A DNA stretch of 64,000 nucleotides from a virus. Under the pieces are notes generated by a model. The model saw only the letters and a program-made list of their open reading frames with translations. It was not told the origin of the DNA and made no database searches. The stretch spans positions 57,042 through 121,041 of IMG/VR virus record IMGVR_UViG_3300009103_000007; one strand, given 5' to 3'. The position numbers and the translations under genes are program-made. Below, one piece after another: positions 40,106-48,312 of this stretch (position 1 is the first letter of the stretch; every line of letters begins with the position of its first letter).

Positions 40106-40640
40106 CATAGAACAAGGAACCACGGTTACTGTTGAGCTTAATGCCAAGCGCACACTTGATGGTAATATAATGATCTTCGATCACGAAGACATAGATATTG
40201 TACTCATTGAGGATAAAAATAAGTGCCTGACATTCCCGAAAGGGAGTGCTACAGACAGAGTCTACTCATCCCAGGATAGATTATTTAGGTTCATGGTCAG
40301 AAGGGGGGTAATTGACCCATCATCTATACAAGGAGGCAACATATATGGCTCTATGGAAGCCTCGATATTGGCTTCTAGAATCCCTGGCGTTGACTCTGTA
40401 CAAGCTACTCTGTTTGCTCTTTATGAGTATATCAAAGAAGAGAAACCCTATTTCGCAACTTCTAGGGACTATGATGTCGACTCGTTAGACAAGCTTGTGA
40501 GACCTAAAGACAGCGATAGTACCGATTTGGGGGATGTCCCCCATGCAGCAACCAAGGGCTCTCTAGACATGAGAGTGCGGCCGTATGGATATAGATATAA
40601 CTATTCTTTATTGAGAGAGGATGAGAATAATACTAAGTGA
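40089..40640 (+). CDS. Hypothetical protein, 183 aa
   Basis: Coupled ORF in the head operon; no family recognised. Confidence 0.6.
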   Translation: MTIKVDIEQGTTVTVELNAKRTLDGNIMIFDHEDIDIVLIEDKNKCLTFPKGSATDRVYSSQDRLFRFMVRRGVIDPSSIQGGNIYGSMEASILASRIPGVDSVQATLFALYEYIKEEKPYFATSRDYDVDSLDKLVRPKDSDSTDLGDVPHAATKGSLDMRVRPYGYRYNYSLLREDENNTK

Positions 40641-40975
40641 ATTTTATTTGGTTTTGTTTTATAGCATACGGTTTGACACAGATTTTGGTTTATGGGTCGA
40701 TATTTGACCCCTACCGACCCAAAGAGGGAAAGCTTGGGAAATTGTTTTCTTGCCCCATGTGCATGGGATTTTGGGTGGGCATATTTTTGTGGCTGTTTAG
40801 GGATTTTACGACACTAATTACATTTGACAGTTCTGTTGTTACTGGGCTTTTTTGTGGGTTTGTTTCGTCTGGCGTAAGTTATGCATTGAGTGTGATTTTC
40901 GGTGATGATGGGTTCAAGCTGGAAAAGAAAGTTCACATATACCGCAGGAAACCGGTTAGGAGATTGCACAAATGA
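40637..40975 (+). CDS. Small membrane protein, DUF1360-like
   Basis: Three hydrophobic segments and the motif LGKLFSCPMCMGFWVG; GTG start. Confidence 0.6.
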   Translation: MNFIWFCFIAYGLTQILVYGSIFDPYRPKEGKLGKLFSCPMCMGFWVGIFLWLFRDFTTLITFDSSVVTGLFCGFVSSGVSYALSVIFGDDGFKLEKKVHIYRRKPVRRLHK

Positions 40976-41037
40976 AACCAATTACAAAAATTAGATGGTT
41001 TCTACGTCCAGTGGCAAATTGCTGCAAAGGATCGTAG
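40972..41037 (+). CDS. 21-aa micro-ORF MKPITKIRWFLRPVANCCKGS, not in the ORF track
   Basis: ATGA overlap with the upstream stop; AGGAG at 40958-40962; ends at TAG 41035-41037. Confidence 0.5.
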   Translation: MKPITKIRWFLRPVANCCKGS

Positions 41038-41071
41038 GTGACGCGGGTCGCCCCCGCAGATGAGGAGTAAA

Positions 41072-41677
41072 ATGAAGTTATTAAGAGAGTATTTTGAGTT
41101 GTGTGACGGCGGTGTCTGCAAAGACCTCCTTACGGAGGAAGAAAAGCGCCGTATCCGCGACGAGGGCGCCTGCATATTGACTGGCGTAATGCAGATGTCA
41201 GAGACTGTTAATGGGAACGGCCGCGTTTATCCTCACAAAATATTGGCAAGAGAGGTAAAGAGTTACGAAAAGGCCGTCAAAGAACGCCGCGCCCTAGGGG
41301 AGTTGGACCATCCTGACACCTCTGTCGTTAATCTCGCAAATTGCTCTCACCTTGTTACAGAGATCTGGATGGAAGATAAAAAGTGTATGGGAAAAATAGA
41401 GGTCTTAAACACGCCCGCTGGTCAAGTATTGAAAGAGTTGGTAAAAGCTGGCTGCAAGTTGGGCATTTCTTCCAGAGGAATGGGCTCGGTAAAGGAGTCC
41501 AATGGGCAAACAATAGTGGAAGACGACTTTCAGCTAATATGTTTTGATATGGTTTCGGATCCTTCGACTCCGGGAGCATTTATGATGACGGAAGCCAAAG
41601 ATCCAAACAAGGTGTTTTCAAAAGCCGATAAGATTAACAGATCTATAAACAGTATACTTTATAAGTTTGAAGAATGA
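41072..41677 (+). CDS. gp21: Prohead core protease (T4 gp21-like)
   Basis: NGNGRVYP, RALGELDHP, LGISSRGMGS and FDMVSDPSTPGA. Start taken at 41072 because GAGGAG lies at 41062-41067. Confidence 0.95.
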   Translation: MKLLREYFELCDGGVCKDLLTEEEKRRIRDEGACILTGVMQMSETVNGNGRVYPHKILAREVKSYEKAVKERRALGELDHPDTSVVNLANCSHLVTEIWMEDKKCMGKIEVLNTPAGQVLKELVKAGCKLGISSRGMGSVKESNGQTIVEDDFQLICFDMVSDPSTPGAFMMTEAKDPNKVFSKADKINRSINSILYKFEE

Positions 41678-42084
41678 AGAAAAACGACCTTAAAGTAATG
41701 ATAAAAGAGTGCGTTCGAGAAGTATTGTTCGAAGAGGGGGTTTTATCAAGCGTTATAGCGGAAGTTGCTCATGGTTTGGCTACGGCACAAAATCTTATTG
41801 TTGAAAGTAAACGCAAAGTTGAAAAACCACCGACCGATCTTAGGGGTGACACCACATCTCGGGAAACAGCAGCTAGAAATCGCCTTAATGAAACCAAGAA
41901 AAAAATGTTAAGCGCTATTGGTAACAGCTCTATGGCTGGGGTTTTTGAGGGCACTGAACCACTTGCTTCTTCTGGGGAACATTCTCAACATTCACCATTG
42001 GCAGGAGTGGACTCTAAAGATTCTGGAGTAGATATAAGTGGTATTTTGGGCATCGCTGGAGATGCTTGGAAAAGGTTAAAATAA
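41674..42084 (+). CDS. Hypothetical head-associated protein, 136 aa
   Basis: N-terminus MKKNDLKVMIKECVREVLFEE; coupled to the protease gene. Confidence 0.65.
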   Translation: MKKNDLKVMIKECVREVLFEEGVLSSVIAEVAHGLATAQNLIVESKRKVEKPPTDLRGDTTSRETAARNRLNETKKKMLSAIGNSSMAGVFEGTEPLASSGEHSQHSPLAGVDSKDSGVDISGILGIAGDAWKRLK

Positions 42085-42094
42085 GGGATTTAAA

Positions 42095-42322
42095 GTGTCA
42101 AGAAAACCAGTTAATGTAGAAGTGATAGTGAGAGATCCGGACCAAACTGAGAGAATGATAAAAAAGTTTAGCCGGAAAGTTAAAAAATCCGGAATACTGG
42201 ACGAGGTTAAGGAAAGAAGGTTTTATACCAAAAAATCGATAAAACGTAGATTGAAGAGAAAGGCTAAAAAAAAGAAATCTCAAGAGTCTACTAAGAAACA
42301 TAATGAGAAGTTTGGCAACTAG
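42095..42322 (+). CDS. rpsU: Ribosomal protein bS21 homolog
   Basis: V.V..D...ERMIKKFSRKVKKSGILDEVKERRFYTKKSIKRR fits the bS21 pattern (R.LRRFKR.V.K.G.L.E.R.R.FYEKPS); 75 aa, very basic, GTG start. Confidence 0.9.
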   Translation: MSRKPVNVEVIVRDPDQTERMIKKFSRKVKKSGILDEVKERRFYTKKSIKRRLKRKAKKKKSQESTKKHNEKFGN

Positions 42323-42324
42323 CT

Positions 42325-42334
42325 TCTATTTATA
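42325..42334 (+). promoter_or_regulatory. Putative late promoter motif TCTATTTATA
   Basis: Immediately after the bS21 stop, 16 nt before ATG 42351. Confidence 0.5.
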
Positions 42335-42350
42335 GTATTGGAGAGAAGAC

Positions 42351-42767
42351 ATGGCTCACACAGCAGGCGTTTTTAAACATAATAGTTGGGGCAGAACACG
42401 AGGCCCAAAAAACGTAATAAATCCGAATGGCAGCTTGCCTCAGTCAGTAAATTTAGATGCTGCAGGCACGACCGCTTCCTATATCACTGAAAATCAGAGA
42501 TATTTGCACCTGTCTGCTGTGACTTCGCAGATTAACGGCGCCGAAGGTCAAGATGCAGCTGGAACAGTTGCTTTAAAGCTGCAAGTTTATTCTCACGCTT
42601 CTGATATTTGGGCTGATGCATCTTGGGCCACAATAGCAAATGCAACGACTGCAAGAGCTTTAACCATAATACCAATTTATGGATTAGACCAAGTAAGGGT
42701 TGTCTCTTCTTCACACACTAACGCCAATACGAGAGTGACGCTAACTTTGGCGTGTTCAACATTTTAG
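42351..42767 (+). CDS. Putative virion/decoration protein, 138 aa (paralog A)
   Basis: Shares HxSWGRTRxPKN, YxTENQRYLH and C-terminal ACSTF with the next ORF. Confidence 0.6.
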   Translation: MAHTAGVFKHNSWGRTRGPKNVINPNGSLPQSVNLDAAGTTASYITENQRYLHLSAVTSQINGAEGQDAAGTVALKLQVYSHASDIWADASWATIANATTARALTIIPIYGLDQVRVVSSSHTNANTRVTLTLACSTF

Positions 42768-42776
42768 GAGATAAGC

Positions 42777-43220
42777 ATGGCTAACACAGGAAAAGGCTTC
42801 GGAAGAGTAACTGATAGATCGGAAAGACATATACACCAGTCTTGGGGCCGCACACGCCAACCAAAAAATATAGCTGGCGCCCACACCACTGCAGCTGGGA
42901 TTATTGCTCATAACTCAGCCCCAAATGATAATTTGAACGACGCCGCGGCAGCCAATAATGGGTATTTAACTGAAAATCAGAGATATTTACATGTCACAGT
43001 GGACCCGAATGGCGCCCCCGGCCAAAACCTGGATGTATATGCTTACTCCCATGCAGTCGGCGCGTGGGCCCTACTAGAGACCTTAATCATTACTGGTATA
43101 ACAGTGAACACCACATATGTTGTTGAAATTCGTGGCATTGACCGCGTCGCCTTTAAACCGAATACGGGTAACTGGGGAAATGCACCCACTGCAATATTTG
43201 CTGCTTGTTCTACCTTCTAA
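42777..43220 (+). CDS. Putative virion/decoration protein, 147 aa (paralog B)
   Basis: Same three motifs as the 42351 ORF. Confidence 0.6.
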   Translation: MANTGKGFGRVTDRSERHIHQSWGRTRQPKNIAGAHTTAAGIIAHNSAPNDNLNDAAAANNGYLTENQRYLHVTVDPNGAPGQNLDVYAYSHAVGAWALLETLIITGITVNTTYVVEIRGIDRVAFKPNTGNWGNAPTAIFAACSTF

Positions 43221-43248
43221 TTTTTCCTTCCTTTTTGCAAATTTGACT

Positions 43249-43258
43249 ACTAATTAAT
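43249..43258 (+). promoter_or_regulatory. Putative late promoter motif ACTAATTAAT
   Basis: Intergenic, upstream of the scaffold-MCP pair; SD AGGAG at 43293-43297. Confidence 0.55.
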
Positions 43259-43304
43259 AGAGAAGTACTCTTTCTATACGTATATTATTTTTAGGAGTTA
43301 GAAT

Positions 43305-44525
43305 ATGTCATCACTATTGGAGAAAGCAATCGTCGACGCGACAGCTTTAAAAGAAGCAGCCCTGAAAAACGCTGAAAACTTGGTTATAGAGAAATACTCT
43401 CAAGAAATCAAAGATGCCATGAACGCCCTCTTAGAACAAGAGGGGGATGAGTTCCTCGCTGATACCCTTACTTCTGATGATCCAATGGCAGATCCAATGG
43501 CAGATCCAATGGTTGCAGACACAATTGACCCCATGGCTTCCCCCCTCGAAGCCGACGTAGATGCAGAAGATCCCCAATCGCCCGAAGACAACATATCACA
43601 CGATTCCCTGCAAGCGTCATTGGGAGACGCTTTTCAATCTAATGCGGACGAGGACGAACTTGTCCGAATAAGACTTGATGCCCTAGAAGCAGAGTTTTCT
43701 GACGAAGACCGTGTTTTCGGCGGAGATGACGTACTGGATGATGACGAAGTGTCTGTAGATATTACGGATTTAGAAGCCAAGCATGGTATCGACCCGACGC
43801 CAACGACAACCCCTGACCTCCCAGCGACACCCGACATCACAGCCCCCGCTGCTCCGGCAGCTGATTCGATGGCAGGTATAACACAGTCTGCATTACAGGA
43901 AGTTTTGGACGAGATGGAGATAGAAGAGGATATTGATGTTGATGAATTATTGGAGGCACTCAAAGTGGATTTTGAGCCTCAAAAATCCGGCTGGGCGGGG
44001 ACTCCGGAAACAATCATGCGCGAGTATGAGCAGATGCTCCTTGCGCGAGAACAAGATGATGAAGTAAAAGAAGAGAATGAAGCACTTCGCAAGACTGTAG
44101 CGAAACTTCAGAAAGAAAACAAGCTTATAGGCAGCGCGAGCCTTAAATTACAAAAAGAGAATGAAAAGTTTCGCGCCGCATTTGATACTTTGCAAGAAAA
44201 GTTGGAACAAGTGAATGTCTCCAACGCAAAGTTGTTATATATTAACCAGACACACGAAAATGCCTCCCTGAATGAGCGACAAAAAAGAAAAGTTGTCGAA
44301 GCCATTTCCAAAGCTGGTTCAGTAAATGAAGCAAAGGTTGTCTTTGAGACCCTTCAAGATGCAGTTGGTAGCGCCGATTATAAAGGCAATAATGCTCCTT
44401 CAAATCTAAGTGAAGCGGTAACTAGAAAATCGTCGCTTATAATGGCTGCTCGCCAAGAGCAAAAAACTAATGAAGCTAGTCCCTTTTTCGATAGAATGCA
44501 GAGATTAGCTGGTATTAAGACATAA
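43305..44525 (+). CDS. Prohead scaffolding protein (T4 gp22-like position and composition)
   Basis: Very acidic N-terminal half, coiled-coil C-terminal half, C-terminal RMQRLAGI; lies directly before the MCP gene. Confidence 0.8.
   Translation: MSSLLEKAIVDATALKEAALKNAENLVIEKYSQEIKDAMNALLEQEGDEFLADTLTSDDPMADPMADPMVADTIDPMASPLEADVDAEDPQSPEDNISHDSLQASLGDAFQSNADEDELVRIRLDALEAEFSDEDRVFGGDDVLDDDEVSVDITDLEAKHGIDPTPTTTPDLPATPDITAPAAPAADSMAGITQSALQEVLDEMEIEEDIDVDELLEALKVDFEPQKSGWAGTPETIMREYEQMLLAREQDDEVKEENEALRKTVAKLQKENKLIGSASLKLQKENEKFRAAFDTLQEKLEQVNVSNAKLLYINQTHENASLNERQKRKVVEAISKAGSVNEAKVVFETLQDAVGSADYKGNNAPSNLSEAVTRKSSLIMAARQEQKTNEASPFFDRMQRLAGIKT
43479..43514 (+). repeat. 12-bp tandem repeat x3 (GATCCAATGGCA) encoding DPMA-DPMA-DPMV
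   Basis: Units at 43479, 43491 and 43503. Confidence 0.9.
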
Positions 44526-44548
44526 AATTTTTAGGAGGTATTTAAACA

Positions 44549-46393
44549 ATGTCTGTTTTACAAAAACTTACAGAAGGCGTTGTAAACCGAGACCTCTCTA
44601 GAGAGAATCATGCTCTTCTCACGAAGTGGGAAAAGACTGGTCTTCTTGAGGGTTTAGGTGATGAACGCAAGAAACAGGGAATGGCCGTCCTGTTAGAAAA
44701 TCAGGCCAAGGAGCTTCTCCGTGAGGCTTCCTCGATGGCTGCAGGTGATGTCGAAGGCTTCGCTGCAGTTGCTTTTCCAATCGTTCGTCGTGTATTCGGT
44801 GGATTGATTGCTAATGATTTGATCTCGGTTCAGCCAATGAGCTTGCCATCTGGTCTTATCTTTTTCCTTGACTTTACACACACGGACTCCAGAGGTGGTG
44901 CAGACGCTAGAGCTGGAAAGGGATCTCTTTACGGTGGTAATGTTGTTGGTCGAGAGTTGACCGGTGGTGTTAATCTTGCCGAGAACTCTCTTGCTGGCGC
45001 TGGAGGTCACTATGATCTTGGTAATGCATACGCTGCAGTAACTGGTGCCGTAGACCCTGCAGACAATACCGGCCTTGGGGTTAGAACTGTGCACCTAGCT
45101 GCGGAGGGTACCCTCGTTTCAGATCTAACTGACGCACAAAAGAAGCTTATTAGATTCGACCCGGATGTCCTTGCACAGCCTACGGCAAGAATCCAAGTCT
45201 TAGATTGTGATTTCGATTCACTTGGGCAGCTTGACAAGGGTAATGTTAAGGCAGTTTGCGTGCATGATCCAGGCGCTGTAATCGCTTGTTTTGATGACAA
45301 CGTTGGCACAGCCGCCTTAAAGAGTGGAATTGTTCAAATTCGACGATTGACCGAAATGGTTGGAACAGGCGCCGATGAGAGACTTAGGATTGTTTTGATT
45401 TCTGCCGCCGGCGGAGCAATCGACTATGATACCACCAACAATGACATTGCAGCAGGCGATGGCGCAGATCAGTTGGGTGTTGTATCTTTCCCAAGAATTG
45501 ATGGCTTTCAAGCGTCTCAGTCTCATGACTCTCTTGGGGCATTGGTTGGTAAGGATGCATGGGGTCTTGAAGAGCCTGAGCCAGGAACTGGAAACTCTGG
45601 ATCCTCGGTAGATAAGAATACCATTGCTGAGATCGATATCAAGGTCGACAGTATTGCGGTAACAGCTCAGACTAAGAAACTGAAGGCTAAGTGGTCTCCA
45701 GAACTTGGTCAGGACTTGAACGCTTATCACAACCTTGATGCTGAGGTTGAGTTGACTGGTATTCTTTCGGAGCAGATTGCTCTCGAAATTGACCGTGAGC
45801 TTCTTGGAGAGCTTGTTGACGGCGCAACGGCCGGCACACGCTACTGGTCGCGCGCTCCTGGATTGTTTGTAAACTCTAGTGGTGAAACCCTTGGTGCTAC
45901 TTCTGCTGCACCTGACTTCACTGGTACTGTTAGTGAGTGGTATGAGACGCTTATTGAGACTATCAACGATGTTAGTGCTCAGATCCACAGAAAGACGCTT
46001 CGCGGCGGAGCGAACTTTGTTGTTTGTTCTCCCGAGGTTGCAAACATTCTTGAGTTTACGAGTGGTTTCCGCGCAAGTGTAACTGCTGATCAGGATCGTG
46101 GCACCATTGGTGCTGTGAAGGCTGGTTCGCTTAGTAAGAAGTTTGACGTTTACGTCGACCCTTACTTCTTGCGTAACGTGATCCTCGTTGGTCGTAAGGG
46201 AAGTTCTTTCCTTGAGAGTGGTTTTGTGTATGCACCATATGTGCCACTGCAGGTCACTCCTACTATCTTCGGCACTGAGGATTTCGTACCTCGTAAGGGC
46301 GTCATGACGCGCTATGCCAAGAAGATGGTTCGTCCAGATATGTACGGTCTTGTGGTTGTACGTGGTCTCCTTGGTGAGGAGATGCCTAGCTAA
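44549..46393 (+). CDS. gp23: Major capsid protein (T4 gp23-like), 614 aa
   Basis: AFPIVRRVFGGLIANDLISVQPMSLPSGLIFFLDF, KKLKAKWSPELGQDL.AYH.LDAE.EL, EQIALEIDRE and YAPYVPL..FVPRKGVMTRY; SD AGGAGG at 44533-44538. Confidence 0.97.
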   Translation: MSVLQKLTEGVVNRDLSRENHALLTKWEKTGLLEGLGDERKKQGMAVLLENQAKELLREASSMAAGDVEGFAAVAFPIVRRVFGGLIANDLISVQPMSLPSGLIFFLDFTHTDSRGGADARAGKGSLYGGNVVGRELTGGVNLAENSLAGAGGHYDLGNAYAAVTGAVDPADNTGLGVRTVHLAAEGTLVSDLTDAQKKLIRFDPDVLAQPTARIQVLDCDFDSLGQLDKGNVKAVCVHDPGAVIACFDDNVGTAALKSGIVQIRRLTEMVGTGADERLRIVLISAAGGAIDYDTTNNDIAAGDGADQLGVVSFPRIDGFQASQSHDSLGALVGKDAWGLEEPEPGTGNSGSSVDKNTIAEIDIKVDSIAVTAQTKKLKAKWSPELGQDLNAYHNLDAEVELTGILSEQIALEIDRELLGELVDGATAGTRYWSRAPGLFVNSSGETLGATSAAPDFTGTVSEWYETLIETINDVSAQIHRKTLRGGANFVVCSPEVANILEFTSGFRASVTADQDRGTIGAVKAGSLSKKFDVYVDPYFLRNVILVGRKGSSFLESGFVYAPYVPLQVTPTIFGTEDFVPRKGVMTRYAKKMVRPDMYGLVVVRGLLGEEMPS

Positions 46394-46414
46394 GATTTTC
46401 TTTAGCTTAAGATT

Positions 46415-46454
46415 AAAAGCCCTTCCATTAAATTGGAAGGGCTTTTTCTTTTTT
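46415..46454 (+). terminator. Intrinsic terminator after MCP
   Basis: 13-bp stem AAAAGCCCTTCCA / TGGAAGGGCTTTT, loop TTAAAT, followed by a T-run. Confidence 0.9.
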
Positions 46455-46459
46455 GAAAT

Positions 46460-46469
46460 ACTATTTATA
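46460..46469 (+). promoter_or_regulatory. Putative late promoter motif ACTATTTATA
   Basis: Directly downstream of the MCP terminator, where transcription must restart. Confidence 0.65.
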
Positions 46470-46532
46470 CTATGAAAGATGCAGCCGAGTAGGTTGCGAA
46501 TTAATCTTGATGTAATTAAGGAGAAAATAATT

Positions 46533-46937
46533 ATGGCAAAGCAAGGATTTGCAACCTCAGATAGAAGAAAAGTCGAAGTACTCGGAGCGTCTGGCAAGGA
46601 AATAAAGGTTCATGACTGCGGTACGGTATTTGTCGTAGGCGCAGATTGTATAGCAATTTCAGCCCCATCTGCAGTAGACTGCGGTGAAGGCTGGTGGTGC
46701 AGATTTGTTGTAGGTGCAGCAGACACTGTACAGTGCGATATAACATTGGGAGCTGGAACCATTACACTTTTAAATATGTCTGTTGACGGAACTGCGGGAG
46801 CTGTCTCAGCCCCAGGCGGACAGGTTATTAGAATTGAACATGACGCAGGCGGCGTCGGCGATCCCGTCGCGGGAGATGAGATTGAAGTTCTCGTCGCAAA
46901 TGGTCAGTTTTTCGCAAGAGCGCTCACGGCTCAGTAA
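46533..46937 (+). CDS. Putative capsid decoration protein, 134 aa
   Basis: Start moved to ATG 46533 (AAGGAG upstream). Located right after MCP; motifs DCGTVF and GEGWWCRFVVG are shared with the next ORF. Confidence 0.6.
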   Translation: MAKQGFATSDRRKVEVLGASGKEIKVHDCGTVFVVGADCIAISAPSAVDCGEGWWCRFVVGAADTVQCDITLGAGTITLLNMSVDGTAGAVSAPGGQVIRIEHDAGGVGDPVAGDEIEVLVANGQFFARALTAQ

Positions 46938-46957
46938 AATTTTAAGGAGATAATATA

Positions 46958-47920
46958 ATGGCTAAGTCATCTATGACATTTTCAGAGAGAAGAAACGTAA
47001 AGGTGTTATCAGATTTTGCATCAACTGATTTAACTAGGTCTGATTGTGGCCGTATATTCGTCCTCAACTCTCCATTCGGGCATGCAGTCACTTTGCCTTC
47101 TGCCCAGACAGCCGGCGAAGGTTGGAATTGTAGGTTTATTGTAGGTGCTGTTCAGACTGATTTAACAAAAAGAGTTAATACAACAATAACAGTCCCTGGT
47201 TCAGAAGTTGTTAATGCAGTGCTGAAAAGAGTTGCAGCTAGTGCTTCTACGCAGGCTGGTGCGGCCGCAACAGAAACCTCAATATTGGATACTACCGGCC
47301 TGACTGCCGACAACACGCCTTTAGACGAAATTCTTACTATAACTGTGCCTGTATTGGCTTCGGGCTCCGGAACAGCTTTTTCTATTAAGTTTGTGGCCAA
47401 CAACACTGACCTGCCAGTAAACGATGGCAATGCAGCAACACCCGGAAATGTAGCCGCTACTTTTATTATAAGTAAAGAAACTCACGATTCCGATACAAAA
47501 TTACGTGATGCAATAATAGATTGTATAAATGGTACCTCTGCAGCGGCCGGCCTAGTTGAGAACACCACAATTGAAAGACCCGCAGCCGGATCGGAAGGGG
47601 CCCCTGGTTCAGGTGGCATAAAAGGAATCACTGCTGCAGCACCAGCGGATGCTGAAGAGATAAATATTACTTGCGATGTTGTGGGCGCTGCCGCTAGCGT
47701 TGGCCTAGGTGCTGCGTTCGTAACGGATACCAACGCCGGCGATGGTGACATCGCAATAGTTAAAAAGGGCGGAGATCTGGCAGCCGGCACTGATGCTACA
47801 GGAATACTTGTTTCTGGTCAAACTACAACAATTACTCCAACAGGTGCCACAATCGGTGATCAGTTGGAGTTTACAGTCTCTAACGGCCAATGGTTCGTAA
47901 GATCTTTCCGAGCAGCTTAA
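46958..47920 (+). CDS. Putative capsid decoration protein, 320 aa; paralog of 46533 carrying an ~185-aa insertion
   Basis: The N-terminal (DCGRIF, GEGWNCRFIVG) and C-terminal (GDQLEFTVSNGQWFVR) segments align with 46533; the middle segment is extra. Confidence 0.6.
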   Translation: MAKSSMTFSERRNVKVLSDFASTDLTRSDCGRIFVLNSPFGHAVTLPSAQTAGEGWNCRFIVGAVQTDLTKRVNTTITVPGSEVVNAVLKRVAASASTQAGAAATETSILDTTGLTADNTPLDEILTITVPVLASGSGTAFSIKFVANNTDLPVNDGNAATPGNVAATFIISKETHDSDTKLRDAIIDCINGTSAAAGLVENTTIERPAAGSEGAPGSGGIKGITAAAPADAEEINITCDVVGAAASVGLGAAFVTDTNAGDGDIAIVKKGGDLAAGTDATGILVSGQTTTITPTGATIGDQLEFTVSNGQWFVRSFRAA

Positions 47921-47931
47921 AAGGAATACCA

Positions 47932-48312
47932 ATGGGAAAACGTAGAAGAAAAATGAACAACCCTAAATTTAGGACAAAGTTTGCGAAAGCAATCACAACT
48001 TTCAACAACCTTAGGAACACAGTAAGCGAAGTAATGGAAGATGTCACTAACACGGTAGAGGAGCTGAAAACAGCAATTCCAAATGCACTTCAGTCTCTCA
48101 AAACAGAAGAGCCAACAGTTACAGCTACCACTACAACGACTGTGACAGAGACGCCAACTACGGAAACCACTGAAACAACTACTGAAGAGGTTGTCAATAC
48201 TCCGACAACCAAAACAAAAAACACTACGCGTAAAAAGACTACCACTACGCGCAAAAAGACGACTCGCAAGCCACGAGCAACGAGAACTAAGAAAACTAAG
48301 CAAGATGCTTAG
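47932..48312 (+). CDS. Low-complexity Thr/Lys-rich protein, 126 aa, with a histone-tail-like C-terminus
   Basis: Start at ATG 47932 (AAGGA upstream). Basic N-terminus, T/E-rich middle, TTRKKTT repeats encoded by a 21-nt duplication (48223-48243, 48244-48264). Confidence 0.65.
   Translation: MGKRRRKMNNPKFRTKFAKAITTFNNLRNTVSEVMEDVTNTVEELKTAIPNALQSLKTEEPTVTATTTTTVTETPTTETTETTTEEVVNTPTTKTKNTTRKKTTTTRKKTTRKPRATRTKKTKQDA

Noticed and set aside
43479-43514. DPMA tandem repeat as a regulatory or contingency locus
   Set aside because: In-frame 12-bp units in the disordered acidic part of the scaffold; ordinary slippage with no frame-switch potential.
45317-46597. 426-aa antisense ORF across the MCP gene
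   Set aside because: Shadow ORF. The T-ending codon bias of the highly expressed MCP (GGT, GCT, CTT) avoids TTA/CTA/TCA, so the reverse strand lacks stops. It has no RBS and no protein-like motif.
47917-48303. 128-aa Cys/Ser/Phe-rich antisense ORF
   Set aside because: Reverse complement of the Thr/Lys repeats; the plus-strand ORF has the SD and fits the operon.
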